Origin: a virus
IMG/VR virus record: IMGVR_UViG_3300038620_000134
Coordinates: 17,725 to 81,724 of that record
Reading direction: 5' to 3' (one strand)
Length of the DNA stretch: 64,000 nucleotides
How positions within the stretch are numbered: the first letter of the stretch is position 1; each line of letters opens with the position of its first letter. Positions 1 to 8,579 of the stretch are shown piece by piece. A model generated the notes under the pieces. That model had not been told where the DNA came from and did not search any database. It was given only the letters and a program-made list of their open reading frames with translations. A program made the translations under genes and the position numbers.

Positions 1-27
1 ATGCTCTGCCAATTGAGCTATGCCAGC
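1..27 (-). tRNA. tRNA 5' portion, truncated by window edge, anticodon not visible
   Basis: Reverse complement reads GCTGGCA-TA-GCTCAATTGGCAGAGC-AT, a canonical acceptor 5' strand plus D-arm. Confidence 0.8.
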
Positions 28-460
28 TATTGGATTTATTCAACCTTTTAATTTTCTTTTTTAAGTTATGATGAATAAACTCACACTTTGAAAAACATAT
101 TGTAAATGGATTGTCATAAACATACCCCATAAATATTTCATTGGTTATGCCTTCAAAATTTAAATCTACTGTTGCTGGTCCATCAAGTCTATGTTTAACT
201 TGATCTAATTTATCTGAATGAAATCCATATCTAATGTTAAAGTAGACACCCACATAAAATCTAAATTTTACAACAAACATTCCTGAATCAGACCCCCTGT
301 GATATTCAGTATTGTACATAATAAGTGAAGGCTTGTAACAAGGAATATCTAAATAATCTTCAATCCGTTTTCCTATGATTACTTTATAGTCTATTCCAAG
401 GATGGTTTTTTTACTTCCAGTATTAAATTTTACAACTGCACCTTTCTTTCTATTTATCAT
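2..460 (-). CDS. DGP-motif paralog 4 (HRLDGPA), runs off window start; absent from ORF track
   Basis: Manual translation from ATG at 460 gives MINRKKGAVV...KHRLDGPATV...HHNLKKKIKRL with no stop before position 2; same DGP motif and K-rich C-terminus as its neighbours. Confidence 0.75.
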   Translation of the reverse strand, partial: MINRKKGAVVKFNTGSKKTILGIDYKVIIGKRIEDYLDIPCYKPSLIMYNTEYHRGSDSGMFVVKFRFYVGVYFNIRYGFHSDKLDQVKHRLDGPATVDLNFEGITNEIFMGYVYDNPFTICFSKCEFIHHNLKKKIKRLNKSNSWHSSIGRA

Positions 461-941
461 AATGACTAGTTTTTAGTAACCTTTTCTTAAGCTTATAGTC
501 GTAAATTAATTTTTTAATTTCAGCAAAATGTTCTTTCATTTTGTTGCTTCCATTTTCTTTCATAAAACTGTAAAAAATTTTAAATGTTTCTTTATCATTT
601 GCATTATCTTTTCTTTCTATATCTAAGTAAGAAATAGTAAACAACTCATACAAGTTGTGATTGTCAGTTTCAATTACAGCAACTTTTGTTGGGCCGTCTA
701 CTTTCAACACATTACAATAATAAATTAAATCGTAATAAAATCGTATTACACCATTAAATTTTTCAAATGTACAGTGTTTATTATTTTTATTATAGTGGAC
801 ATCATAAGAAAACACATTGTATTTATAATAATGACTATAATATGGTAATGTTATAAGCTCTGTAATTTCAGTAATAATATATTTATTCTTACTACTATAA
901 TCCAGTTCTAAAGTTGTTTTTCCTTTTTTGTAATTAATTAT
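450..941 (-). CDS. DGP-motif paralog 3, probable ATA start at 941 (track calls 450-815)
   Basis: The frame is open to 941, and the leader taacaact-ATA-att-aat-tac-aaa aligns with taacaact-ATG-gtt-aat-tac-aaa of the other paralogs. Confidence 0.7.
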   Translation of the reverse strand: MINYKKGKTTLELDYSSKNKYIITEITELITLPYYSHYYKYNVFSYDVHYNKNNKHCTFEKFNGVIRFYYDLIYYCNVLKVDGPTKVAVIETDNHNLYELFTISYLDIERKDNANDKETFKIFYSFMKENGSNKMKEHFAEIKKLIYDYKLKKRLLKTSHYDK

Positions 942-946
942 AGTTG

Positions 947-1423
947 TTACTTCAAATTGTAACTAGCTTTTAGTAATCTTTTTTTAAATTTGTAATTGTA
1001 AATTAATTTTTTAACCTCAGCAAAATGCTCTTTCTTTTTATTGTTTTCAATTCCCCTAAAGTAATCATAAAGATAAATTAAAGGTGTCTCTTTTCTATGC
1101 GTTTCTGTTATATTTAAATAGGAAACACCAAATAATTCATAATTATTGTCTTTTGTTGATTTAGTTATACAAACTCCTGTTGGACCATCTAACTTTAATC
1201 TATTATAGGGATCAATTAAACTATAACTAAACCGTATATTAATAATAAAATTGACATCTCTACTAACCCTTGCAATTCCGTTACCATAGTCAAATAGATT
1301 AAATTTATGATAATGGCTATAGTATGGTAATCTGGCAAGTTCTTCAATAGTATTAATAATATTTCTACTAGTAATGTTGTGATTCTGTTTTAAACTTATT
1401 CTTCTTTTTTTGTAATTAACCAT
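947..1423 (-). CDS. DGP-motif paralog 2, hypothetical protein
   Basis: Shares MVNYKKRR, ELARLPYYSHYHKFNLF and LKLDGPT with 1429-1902. Confidence 0.85.
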   Translation of the reverse strand: MVNYKKRRISLKQNHNITSRNIINTIEELARLPYYSHYHKFNLFDYGNGIARVSRDVNFIINIRFSYSLIDPYNRLKLDGPTGVCITKSTKDNNYELFGVSYLNITETHRKETPLIYLYDYFRGIENNKKKEHFAEVKKLIYNYKFKKRLLKASYNLK

Positions 1424-1428
1424 AGTTG

Positions 1429-1902
1429 TTACTTTAAGTGATTGTTATTTTTTCGTAATCTTTTCTTAAGTTTATAATTGTGAATTGATTTTTTAGCATT
1501 TAACAAATCTTCATTTGTTACGTTGTCTTTAACTCCTGTAAAGTAATCATGAAAAATAACTGTACTTGTATCTTCCCTGCCCGTTCCTGATACTTCTAAG
1601 TAGGAAACACCAAATAATTTATAGTTTTTGTGTTTTTCTGGTTTGACCATACGAACTTTTGTTGGACCATCTAACTTTAATATATTATAAAAATGAACTA
1701 AACTATAAACAAAATTTATAATTGCAAAGTCGTCATTTTCATGAACTTTCTTAATTCTGTCACCATAGTTAAATAGATTAAATTTATGGTAGTGGCTATA
1801 GTATGGTAATCTGGCAAGTTCTTCAATACTATTAACAATGTTTCCATTCTTACTATTGTAATCTTGTTCTGAAGTTACTCTTCTTTTTTTGTAGTTAACC
1901 AT
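1429..1902 (-). CDS. DGP-motif paralog 1, hypothetical protein
   Basis: Tandem paralog with the same motifs. Confidence 0.85.
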   Translation of the reverse strand: MVNYKKRRVTSEQDYNSKNGNIVNSIEELARLPYYSHYHKFNLFNYGDRIKKVHENDDFAIINFVYSLVHFYNILKLDGPTKVRMVKPEKHKNYKLFGVSYLEVSGTGREDTSTVIFHDYFTGVKDNVTNEDLLNAKKSIHNYKLKKRLRKNNNHLK

Positions 1903-1990
1903 AGTTGTTACTTTGATTTGAAGTGGTTTTTAACTATTTATATTTATTGTAACAAGCTGCAAATATAACAAAAATACAACGCAGTAAGTT

Positions 1991-2331
1991 CTCAACTATT
2001 CTTAATTGTCTTTAATTGTTTTTAACTGTTTCAAAACCCTAACTGTTTTAAAACCCTAACCGTTCCAAAACCCCCAAACTGATTTAAAATATTTCCCACC
2101 CAGTTTGAAACTTCGTTCCACTTCGTTTCACCCACCCTATAATAGAACTATTTTCAATGTTTGCTAAGCAACCATAATAGAAGGGAGTTTGAAACCGGTT
2201 TGTTGGTAGCAGTTTGAAGAAATTTTGAAATTTATGTTTGAACAGTTTGAAGTACAATTTGAGTTGCAGTTTGAAAGGTTTGAATTGTTTGAATTTTTTA
2301 GTGGTTGGAAAGATTTGAAAAAATTTTGAAC
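1991..2331. repeat. Short tandem and dispersed repeats in a divergent intergenic region (candidate origin)
   Basis: 10-nt period units at 1991-2030, three 17-nt TAACyGTTyyAAAACCC units at 2023-2073, and about ten (G/T/A)TTTGAA copies at 2103-2330. Confidence 0.7.
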
Positions 2332-2382
2332 TCAAGAGTTTTTGTGTTAGTTTTGCATACTAAATAAAAACCACTTAGTATA

Positions 2383-3372
2383 ATGAATCCAAAGACAAAG
2401 AAGAAATTAGACACAAACATATGGACTGAACTTTTCAGACCTAGCACTGCTGGAAAGGTTTTGTTGCCTGAAAGACTGCAAAATCAACTTTACAAGTTGA
2501 ATGATAATCTTTATCAAAATCTTTTACTCGCAGGGCCTCCCGGAATAGGGAAAACCACCATTGCAAAGATTTTGGCATCAAACTATAAGTATGCTTTTTG
2601 GAACATATCAGATCAATCTTCTGTAGAGGTACTAAGAAGTGAAGTTACTGACTTTTGTAAGTCTTATGCTAAAACGATTGATGATAAAGGCAACAGTTCA
2701 AATATAAAAGTAGTTATATTCGATGAAATTGATGGGGCGTCAAAACAATTTTTAGATGCGCTTAGACCATTTGTTGAACAATATCAAAATGTACGTTTTA
2801 TAGCTACATGCAACTATATTAACAAAATTACTGATCCTATTCGAGATCGTTTTGAACTAATGGATCTTGTTAATATATCAAACGATGAAGAAAAAGAGCT
2901 GAAAAACTTAATGGCAAAAAAAGCGAAAGGTATAATGGATGCTACTGGCATTGGTTATGATAACAAAGAAACTATTTACCATTTAGTTGATAAGAACTAT
3001 CCTTCTTTTAGAAGTGTTGTAAAACGTTTACAAACACTTTATAACAATAACGAAGAGCTTAATTCTAAAAATTTGAGTTCTATTAACTATCAGTTAAAAG
3101 ATGTTTATGAACTAATTTTATCTGGAAAGGGTGATCCACAAAAGAATTTTACAGTGCTATCGGCATATAAAAACAGTGTAGATGAAGTTCTTGAAGGGCT
3201 TGGAACAAATTTTATTGAATATATACGTGAATACCATCAAGATAAACTTACTTATTTACCTATCATAACAATAAAAGTTGCAGAATATCAAGCAAAACGT
3301 TTGCAAGTTATTGATACTTTTGTTAACTTGCTTGCATGCGTTTTCGATATTCAAACATCTATTCATCAGTGA
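2383..3372 (+). CDS. Sliding-clamp loader AAA+ subunit (T4 gp44 / RFC small subunit-like)
   Basis: WTELFRP RFC box, Walker A GPPGIGKT, Walker B DEIDG, TCNY..KI..PIRDRF. Confidence 0.93.
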   Translation: MNPKTKKKLDTNIWTELFRPSTAGKVLLPERLQNQLYKLNDNLYQNLLLAGPPGIGKTTIAKILASNYKYAFWNISDQSSVEVLRSEVTDFCKSYAKTIDDKGNSSNIKVVIFDEIDGASKQFLDALRPFVEQYQNVRFIATCNYINKITDPIRDRFELMDLVNISNDEEKELKNLMAKKAKGIMDATGIGYDNKETIYHLVDKNYPSFRSVVKRLQTLYNNNEELNSKNLSSINYQLKDVYELILSGKGDPQKNFTVLSAYKNSVDEVLEGLGTNFIEYIREYHQDKLTYLPIITIKVAEYQAKRLQVIDTFVNLLACVFDIQTSIHQ

Positions 3373-3443
3373 ATAAAAAAAGAGTAAACCAAATTACAAC
3401 AACTTTGTTTTTTATTTTCTAACTCAAAAACAACATTTCAATT

Positions 3444-3680
3444 ATGCAAAATCAACAACAAGAAAAAAGAGAAAGGGTAGTTGTCTTGCTTAGAGACAGA
3501 ACCAAAGAGTCCACTACAGGAAAATCAATTACTGTTAGTGAAGTTGATTCTTTGGATGGAACCAATAGTCATCCTCACGACCGTTCTAGTTTTTTAATGG
3601 TTTTTAATGAGGAAGACGGTTCGTGGCAAGTTTTCGCCAGGGACCTAGTTGTATATGTTAAAAAATATTACGTTGAATAA
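3444..3680 (+). CDS. Hypothetical protein
   Basis: 78-aa ORF with A-rich leader. Confidence 0.7.
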   Translation: MQNQQQEKRERVVVLLRDRTKESTTGKSITVSEVDSLDGTNSHPHDRSSFLMVFNEEDGSWQVFARDLVVYVKKYYVE

Positions 3681-3682
3681 CT

Positions 3683-4689
3683 ATGAATCGTTATTGCGAT
3701 AACTCCAAAACAAATTTGATTGAAGATTATGTAGACCATCTCTTAGATGGTCTACTCTTCGCTTTTAATCCTGATAATTCTAACGGTGAATGGTCATCTC
3801 ATGTAACACCTTTTTAGGTGTTCATAACGATAATATTGAAATCTACATAACAGTTACTGAAAATGGTAAACTTGTAGTAACTGATGACAAAGTTACAATA
3901 TTTGAAGCGAGTTCACTTCTTGACACAGACAAAGTTTCTGAACTTGTAAAAATTATTACAAACTTTTACTCTATTGAAGAATTTAATACCGAACTTTATA
4001 TTACAACTGACCTGAACAATTTTAAAACTGATTTTACCAGATTTATTCAGGCTTTAATTGCTTCCCACTTTTTAATTAGTAATATGAATAAGTTTAATAA
4101 AACACATAGAACTATTGATACTTATTTATACGAAATTGTTAAAAATTATTACTTAATACATAAGTCAGATGGTGATTGTAAGTCTAACTTTTTTGTGGGC
4201 ATTACAAGTGATAGTGATATGAATTCTAAAGTTAGTGAAATATCAAAAAAACATCCAAATATGTATGGATTCACTTCTTATCGTGTTGATTTAGATAAAA
4301 ATTTTGATGAAGAAACCGCATTTGATTTTTTAGAAAATTTATTAAACCTAGTGATTAAATTAGCTAAGGAAGGATTTCTTATAATAGAAAATGATTATAA
4401 CAAATATTTATTATCAGAGATTAGTAATTATTATAGTAAACTAGAGTTTGAAAATTATTGGAATAACCTTTCACCAGATACTGAACCAGAAGATGTTTTA
4501 AGAAAATTTGTATTTGACTATAAACACATATCAAATCCAAGTATTGATTACAAACCTCTTAAAATATACATGTTTAGAAGAAACTCAAATATATATAAGA
4601 AGGTGAAAACTAAAACAATAAATAAAAATGATAAAAACCTCGTTAGATGGTGGAAACAACTATGTAGTTTATTTGGCAAATTTTTTTAG
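3683..4689 (+). pseudogene. DUF1828-like protein split by a -1 frameshift at 3809-3817
   Basis: 3683-3817 ends ...SHVTPF*; the -1 frame continues LGVHNDNIEIY...VTDD, restoring the TPFLD.HND.I.IY...SDD pattern recalled for DUF1828. Confidence 0.6.
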
Positions 4690-4987
4690 GTTTTTGGAAA
4701 AAGATTTAAGTTCCTTGCCTTTAGACTACCATCCTTATATAGAAAGCAGTGGTCGATTGTATTCTTATATAGCCAACCATTTAACTCTTTCACAATTAAC
4801 AGAAGAAATTGAACATACTGAAGTAAATTATAAACAGGACATAATTTTGTTTTATTCATCTGATTTTAATGCTCAACTTAAATTGGAATCTGTATTAAAC
4901 AGTCTTTTAAAAGATTCCAATTTAGAGTACAAGTTAAACTCTGGTATTTGTTCTACATACTTAAAGTTTGATTTAAGTTCCGCTTAA
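4628..4987 (+). CDS. Hypothetical protein
   Basis: 119-aa ORF in operon context. Confidence 0.65.
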   Translation: MIKTSLDGGNNYVVYLANFFRFLEKDLSSLPLDYHPYIESSGRLYSYIANHLTLSQLTEEIEHTEVNYKQDIILFYSSDFNAQLKLESVLNSLLKDSNLEYKLNSGICSTYLKFDLSSA

Positions 4988-4992
4988 CTACT

Positions 4993-5901
4993 ATGAAATC
5001 ACCTAATAACAGAACTTTAACACTATCAGAAAAAGAAAAAGAGTGTTATTCAAGTAAATTGATTTCTTTGAATAGCTCTAAGATTAATCCTCCATATGTA
5101 AATGTTACAATTAATGGTAATTATGAAAAAGGTGTTAGTTTAATACAGCCCAATTCAATTAATCTTTTAGTTGCTGATCCACCTTACAACTTACCTAAAA
5201 AATACAATTCAAACACTTTTTCAACTTTAAGTTGGAAAGAATATGAAAACTTTACTCAAGATTGGATTGAAAAAGTGTTTCCTTTATTAACTTCAGATGC
5301 CAGTATTTATGTTTGTTGTGATTGGAAAAGTTCTTCAACTATTGAAAAAGTGCTTAATAAATATTTTTATTTACAGAATAGAATAACTTGGCAGCGAGAA
5401 AAAGGAAGGGGTTCTAAATCTAATTGGAAGAACTGTTTAGAAGATATTTGGTTTGCAACAGTATCTAACAATAGTTATTATTTTGATGTAGACGCGGTTA
5501 AAGTGAAAAGACGTGTTAAAGCTCCTTACAAAGAAAACGGTAAACCCAAAGATTGGCAGGAAGAAAGCAATGGAAACTTTCGGCTAACACATCCTTCTAA
5601 CTTTTGGAATGATATTACTATTCCCTTTTGGTCAATGCCTGAAAATACGGAACATCCCACCCAAAAACCAGAAAAACTAATTGCTAAACTTATATTGGCG
5701 AGTTCCAAAGTTGATGATATTGTTTTAGATCCTTTTTTAGGAAGTGGTACTACTTCGGTTGTTGCAAAGAAACTTAAAAGAAATTATATTGGCATTGAAC
5801 TGGATAGTAAATATGCTTGTATCGCTGAAAAACGATTGGAACTAGCTGAAAAAGATTCAACAATACAAGGATATGAAGACGGTGTGTTTTGGAAATATTA
5901 A
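4993..5901 (+). CDS. Orphan beta-class N6A/N4C DNA methyltransferase
   Basis: DPPY motif precedes HPTQKPEKL and DPFLGSGTT (motif I); no restriction gene adjacent. Confidence 0.93.
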   Translation: MKSPNNRTLTLSEKEKECYSSKLISLNSSKINPPYVNVTINGNYEKGVSLIQPNSINLLVADPPYNLPKKYNSNTFSTLSWKEYENFTQDWIEKVFPLLTSDASIYVCCDWKSSSTIEKVLNKYFYLQNRITWQREKGRGSKSNWKNCLEDIWFATVSNNSYYFDVDAVKVKRRVKAPYKENGKPKDWQEESNGNFRLTHPSNFWNDITIPFWSMPENTEHPTQKPEKLIAKLILASSKVDDIVLDPFLGSGTTSVVAKKLKRNYIGIELDSKYACIAEKRLELAEKDSTIQGYEDGVFWKY

Positions 5902-6113
5902 CTAAAATCAAGTTTTACATGAATTTAATAAACAAATTAAAAGCATTTTTTAACGGTAAAAAAACTGAAAAATCAGTTAAATTAAAATCAGCAGCTTTAT
6001 TTGACCATCTAGGTGTTAAACAACTAAATAAACCCGCTGTGCTTTCTGAAATATTTAATGAAAAGCCTATTGGGCATGAAAAATCTAATAATAGTTTACC
6101 AATAGGTTTTTAA
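5889..6113 (+). CDS. Hypothetical protein
   Basis: Short ORF; real start possibly at the internal MNLINK. Confidence 0.5.
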   Translation: MEILTKIKFYMNLINKLKAFFNGKKTEKSVKLKSAALFDHLGVKQLNKPAVLSEIFNEKPIGHEKSNNSLPIGF

Positions 6114-6156
6114 AACATAATAAGTAATGAATCTTCATGTATTAGATGCTTATTGC

Positions 6157-6244
6157 AGGGGGATGGCAGAGCGGTCGATTGCACCGGTCTTGAAAACCGG
6201 CAGCCAGCTACGCTGGTTCGGGGGTTCGAATCCCTCTCCCCCTG
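6157..6244 (+). tRNA. tRNA-Ser(UGA)
   Basis: Acceptor AGGGGGA/TCCCCCT, anticodon arm CCGGT-CT-TGA-AA-ACCGG, long variable arm, GGTTCGAATC; CCA not encoded. Confidence 0.95.
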
Positions 6245-6277
6245 CTTATGGTTTTTAACTAAAAATTAAAGTTTTGC

Positions 6278-6306
6278 TTGACACCTTCAAAAAGATTTAC
6301 TAGCTT
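6278..6306 (+). promoter_or_regulatory. Early promoter TTGACA-N17-TAGCTT
   Basis: Exact 17-nt spacing; same pattern at 10739, 19722, 21279, 21708, 22230 (+) and 31637, 40496 (-). Confidence 0.7.
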
Positions 6307-6342
6307 TACACCATTCCCGAAATTATTAAACTATTATAAGTT

Positions 6343-6963
6343 ATGACTAACACAACTAAATTTCCAATCGAAGAGCTTTACGCTGAGCCGGAAAAGTTTT
6401 TACTAGCAAGTGAAAATTACGATTTAGGTTACCCTGAGCTTTACTATTTAGCATATGGTAGCCTAATGAAGTGGCATTCTTGTGAGGCTCATTTGGTCTT
6501 GGTGAAGTTAAACTCAAATAAATACGGGCTTGGAGAGTCTGATTTAGAAGAATTTGAGCTTCGCCTTAAAATGGTGGCTAGTCTTTATCAGAACTGGCAA
6601 AATGAGCTGCAAGATTATTGGCAGTTATGTGACGAGTTCGGGGCCAGATATTCTATCACTCTAAGTGATGTTTATAAAAATTCGCTTCCGTTAGATGACG
6701 AAGGCGAACACGAAATTGAAAAAGTTAAAAACTTGAGTATTGAAGCTGCTAAAAGAGCTATTAAAGCAGAAAACTTAGCGGCGGTTAGATGGCTAAACCA
6801 GTTCTGGTTGGAGGCTGATATTTGGAAACAATTGAATTCTAAACCAGATTCTAAAAGAGTTGTACAAGCCCGCTGGTTAAAAGAGCTTTTCGTGTTTGAT
6901 CTTGTTGGAGAAGATAAGTATCCTATGTGGAAAAAACCATTATCGTCTTTTTCTGAACTTTAA
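6343..6963 (+). CDS. Hypothetical early protein
   Basis: 206-aa ORF directly behind an early promoter. Confidence 0.8.
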   Translation: MTNTTKFPIEELYAEPEKFLLASENYDLGYPELYYLAYGSLMKWHSCEAHLVLVKLNSNKYGLGESDLEEFELRLKMVASLYQNWQNELQDYWQLCDEFGARYSITLSDVYKNSLPLDDEGEHEIEKVKNLSIEAAKRAIKAENLAAVRWLNQFWLEADIWKQLNSKPDSKRVVQARWLKELFVFDLVGEDKYPMWKKPLSSFSEL

Positions 6964-7015
6964 TTGTTTTAATTATGCCAGACTTTACCAAAAATACGAA
7001 AAAGAAAATCAAAAA

Positions 7016-7043
7016 CTAAAAAAGAATTATAAAGCTTTTTTAG
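7016..7043. other. Hairpin upstream of tnpB (possible IS605 left-end relic)
   Basis: CTAAAAAAG-N10-CTTTTTTAG inverted repeat; low complexity. Confidence 0.35.
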
Positions 7044-7059
7044 TGATTATTGGCCTATT

Positions 7060-8250
7060 ATGAGTGAGCAAAAGACAATTTATAGAGCCTACAAGTTTCG
7101 ATTAAAGCCTACTAAAGAGCAAGCTGAACTGCTCGACAAGACTTTCGGCTGCGTACGGCTTATTTACAACTATATGCTGGCCCAGCGTAAGGAGCATTAT
7201 GAAAAGACTGGTAAATCTCCGAATGTCTACGAGCAATCACGCCAACTCCCAGAATTAAAACGGACTGAAGAATTTGGCTTTTTGAAGGAAATCGACTCAG
7301 CTGCGTTGGTTAGTGCTGTTTGGGATTTGGACGATGCTTATCAAAGATTTTTCAAAAAACATGGTAAGTATCCTAAGTTTAAGTCTAAGCACAAAAGTAA
7401 AAAAAGTTATAGTTCCTTTTCTAACACGTGCAAAATAAAAGGTGATCGTGTATATGCGCCTAAGTTTAAGAAACAGGGTATAAAAGTCATTGCACACCGT
7501 CTTATTGTGGGCAAGACTAAGACCATGACCTTCAGCAAGACACCTAGCGGGAAGTATTACGTTTCTATCTTTGTAGAAGAGCTATATACGCCCCCCGAAC
7601 CTACGGGTGAAGCTGTTGGTATTGACCTAGGTATAAAAGAGCTTGCTGTTACGTCGGACGGTCAGCGTTACGAGAACGCGAAATATTTGCAGAAATACGA
7701 GAAAAAACTGGCAAAAGCTCAAAAAGATTTAGCCCGTAAAAAGGGAAGTAAGAAATGTGAGGAAAAAAGCAATAGCTATATCCGTCAAAAACAGAAAGTC
7801 GCCAAGCTGCATGAGAAGGTAGCAAATTCGAGAAAAAACTTGCTGCACGAAATATCGCGGGAAGTCGTAGATAACTATGATACGATAGCTTTGGAAGACT
7901 TGAATGTTCAAGGTATGAAGCAAAACCGGAAACTGGCCAAAAATATCAGCGACGTTAGTTGGGGTATGTTCAAAGAAATGCTAAAATACAAGGCAGAACG
8001 AGATAATAAACAGGTTGTGGCGATAAACCGATATTATCCAAGCAGTAAAACCTGCCATATTTGCGGGGATGAGAAGGAAAATCTAAGTCTCTCGGAGCGA
8101 GAGTGGACGTGTTCAAACGGCCACGTCTTAGACCGGGACCTGAATGCAGCAATAAATATATTAAATCAAGGATTACTAAAATTAGAATCGGCAGCAGATG
8201 TCGATAACACGGGTGGAGTCGAAGTAAATCCTGTTTCGACAGGTGTTTGA
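7060..8250 (+). CDS. tnpB: IS200/IS605-family RNA-guided nuclease TnpB, array-associated
   Basis: N-terminal YKFRLKPT..Q...L..TFGC.R.IYN; RuvC-I GIDLG, RuvC-II LEDL, zinc ribbon CHIC...CSNGH, RuvC-III DRDLNAAINI; D-E-D triad intact. Confidence 0.96.
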   Translation: MSEQKTIYRAYKFRLKPTKEQAELLDKTFGCVRLIYNYMLAQRKEHYEKTGKSPNVYEQSRQLPELKRTEEFGFLKEIDSAALVSAVWDLDDAYQRFFKKHGKYPKFKSKHKSKKSYSSFSNTCKIKGDRVYAPKFKKQGIKVIAHRLIVGKTKTMTFSKTPSGKYYVSIFVEELYTPPEPTGEAVGIDLGIKELAVTSDGQRYENAKYLQKYEKKLAKAQKDLARKKGSKKCEEKSNSYIRQKQKVAKLHEKVANSRKNLLHEISREVVDNYDTIALEDLNVQGMKQNRKLAKNISDVSWGMFKEMLKYKAERDNKQVVAINRYYPSSKTCHICGDEKENLSLSEREWTCSNGHVLDRDLNAAINILNQGLLKLESAADVDNTGGVEVNPVSTGV

Positions 8251-8319
8251 CTATGAAACTCGAAGCTCTTTCAAATTTGAAGAGGGAATACCTGACGCAA
8301 GGAAGCGAGGAAAAACGGG
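8187..8319 (+). ncRNA. omegaRNA/reRNA scaffold plus native guide (5' end approximate)
   Basis: Stems ATCGGCA/TGTCGAT, CGGGT..AGTC/GACT..ACTCG, CCTGT-TTCG-ACAGG and terminal hairpin CTCTT..AAGAG ending CTGAC at 8296; overlaps the tnpB 3' end as expected. Confidence 0.8.
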
Positions 8320-8579
8320 GTCGGAGTCCCTCTGCAATTTTGAGAGGGTATCTGACTCATAGATAATTTTTATTTTATTTATTCAGTAAAAAGTCGGAGT
8401 CCCTCTGCAATTTTGAGAGGGTATCTGACTTAATCCGCTTATTTATGTTACGAACTGATCACAAAAAAAGGTGAGAGTCCCTCTAACACTTTGAAAGGGT
8501 ATCTGACAAAGAAGTGCTTGAGGCTTGCGATGCCAGAATTAAGTGAGAGTCCCTCTAACACTTTGAAAGGGTATCTAAT
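8259..8579 (+). CRISPR. CRISPR-like mini-array: degenerate first unit 8259-8296 plus four 37-nt repeats (8320-8356, 8393-8429, 8471-8507, 8543-8579)
   Basis: R1=R2 GTCGGAGTCCCTCTGCAATTTTGAGAGGGTATCTGAC; R3 GTGAGAGTCCCTCTAACACTTTGAAAGGGTATCTGAC; R4 as R3 but ending TCTAAT; unique spacers of 23, 36, 41 and 35 nt. Confidence 0.92.

Noticed and set aside
2084-2335. 83-aa minus-strand ORF
   Set aside because: Its FK-rich translation is a by-product of the TTTGAA repeats; TTG start with no supporting context.
7297-8152. Three antisense ORFs inside tnpB
   Set aside because: Shadow frames; none has the HUH/Y1 or serine-recombinase motifs of TnpA.
7060-8250. Nuclease-dead TnpB (TldR-like repressor) interpretation
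   Set aside because: All three RuvC acidic residues are present; repression remains possible but is not shown by the sequence.
8508-8542. Self-target of the last spacer in the GIY-YIG gene (AAAGAAGTGCTT near 59619-59630)
   Set aside because: Only 12 nt match, expected by chance. No full protospacer for any spacer was noticed by eye, and this was not an exhaustive search.
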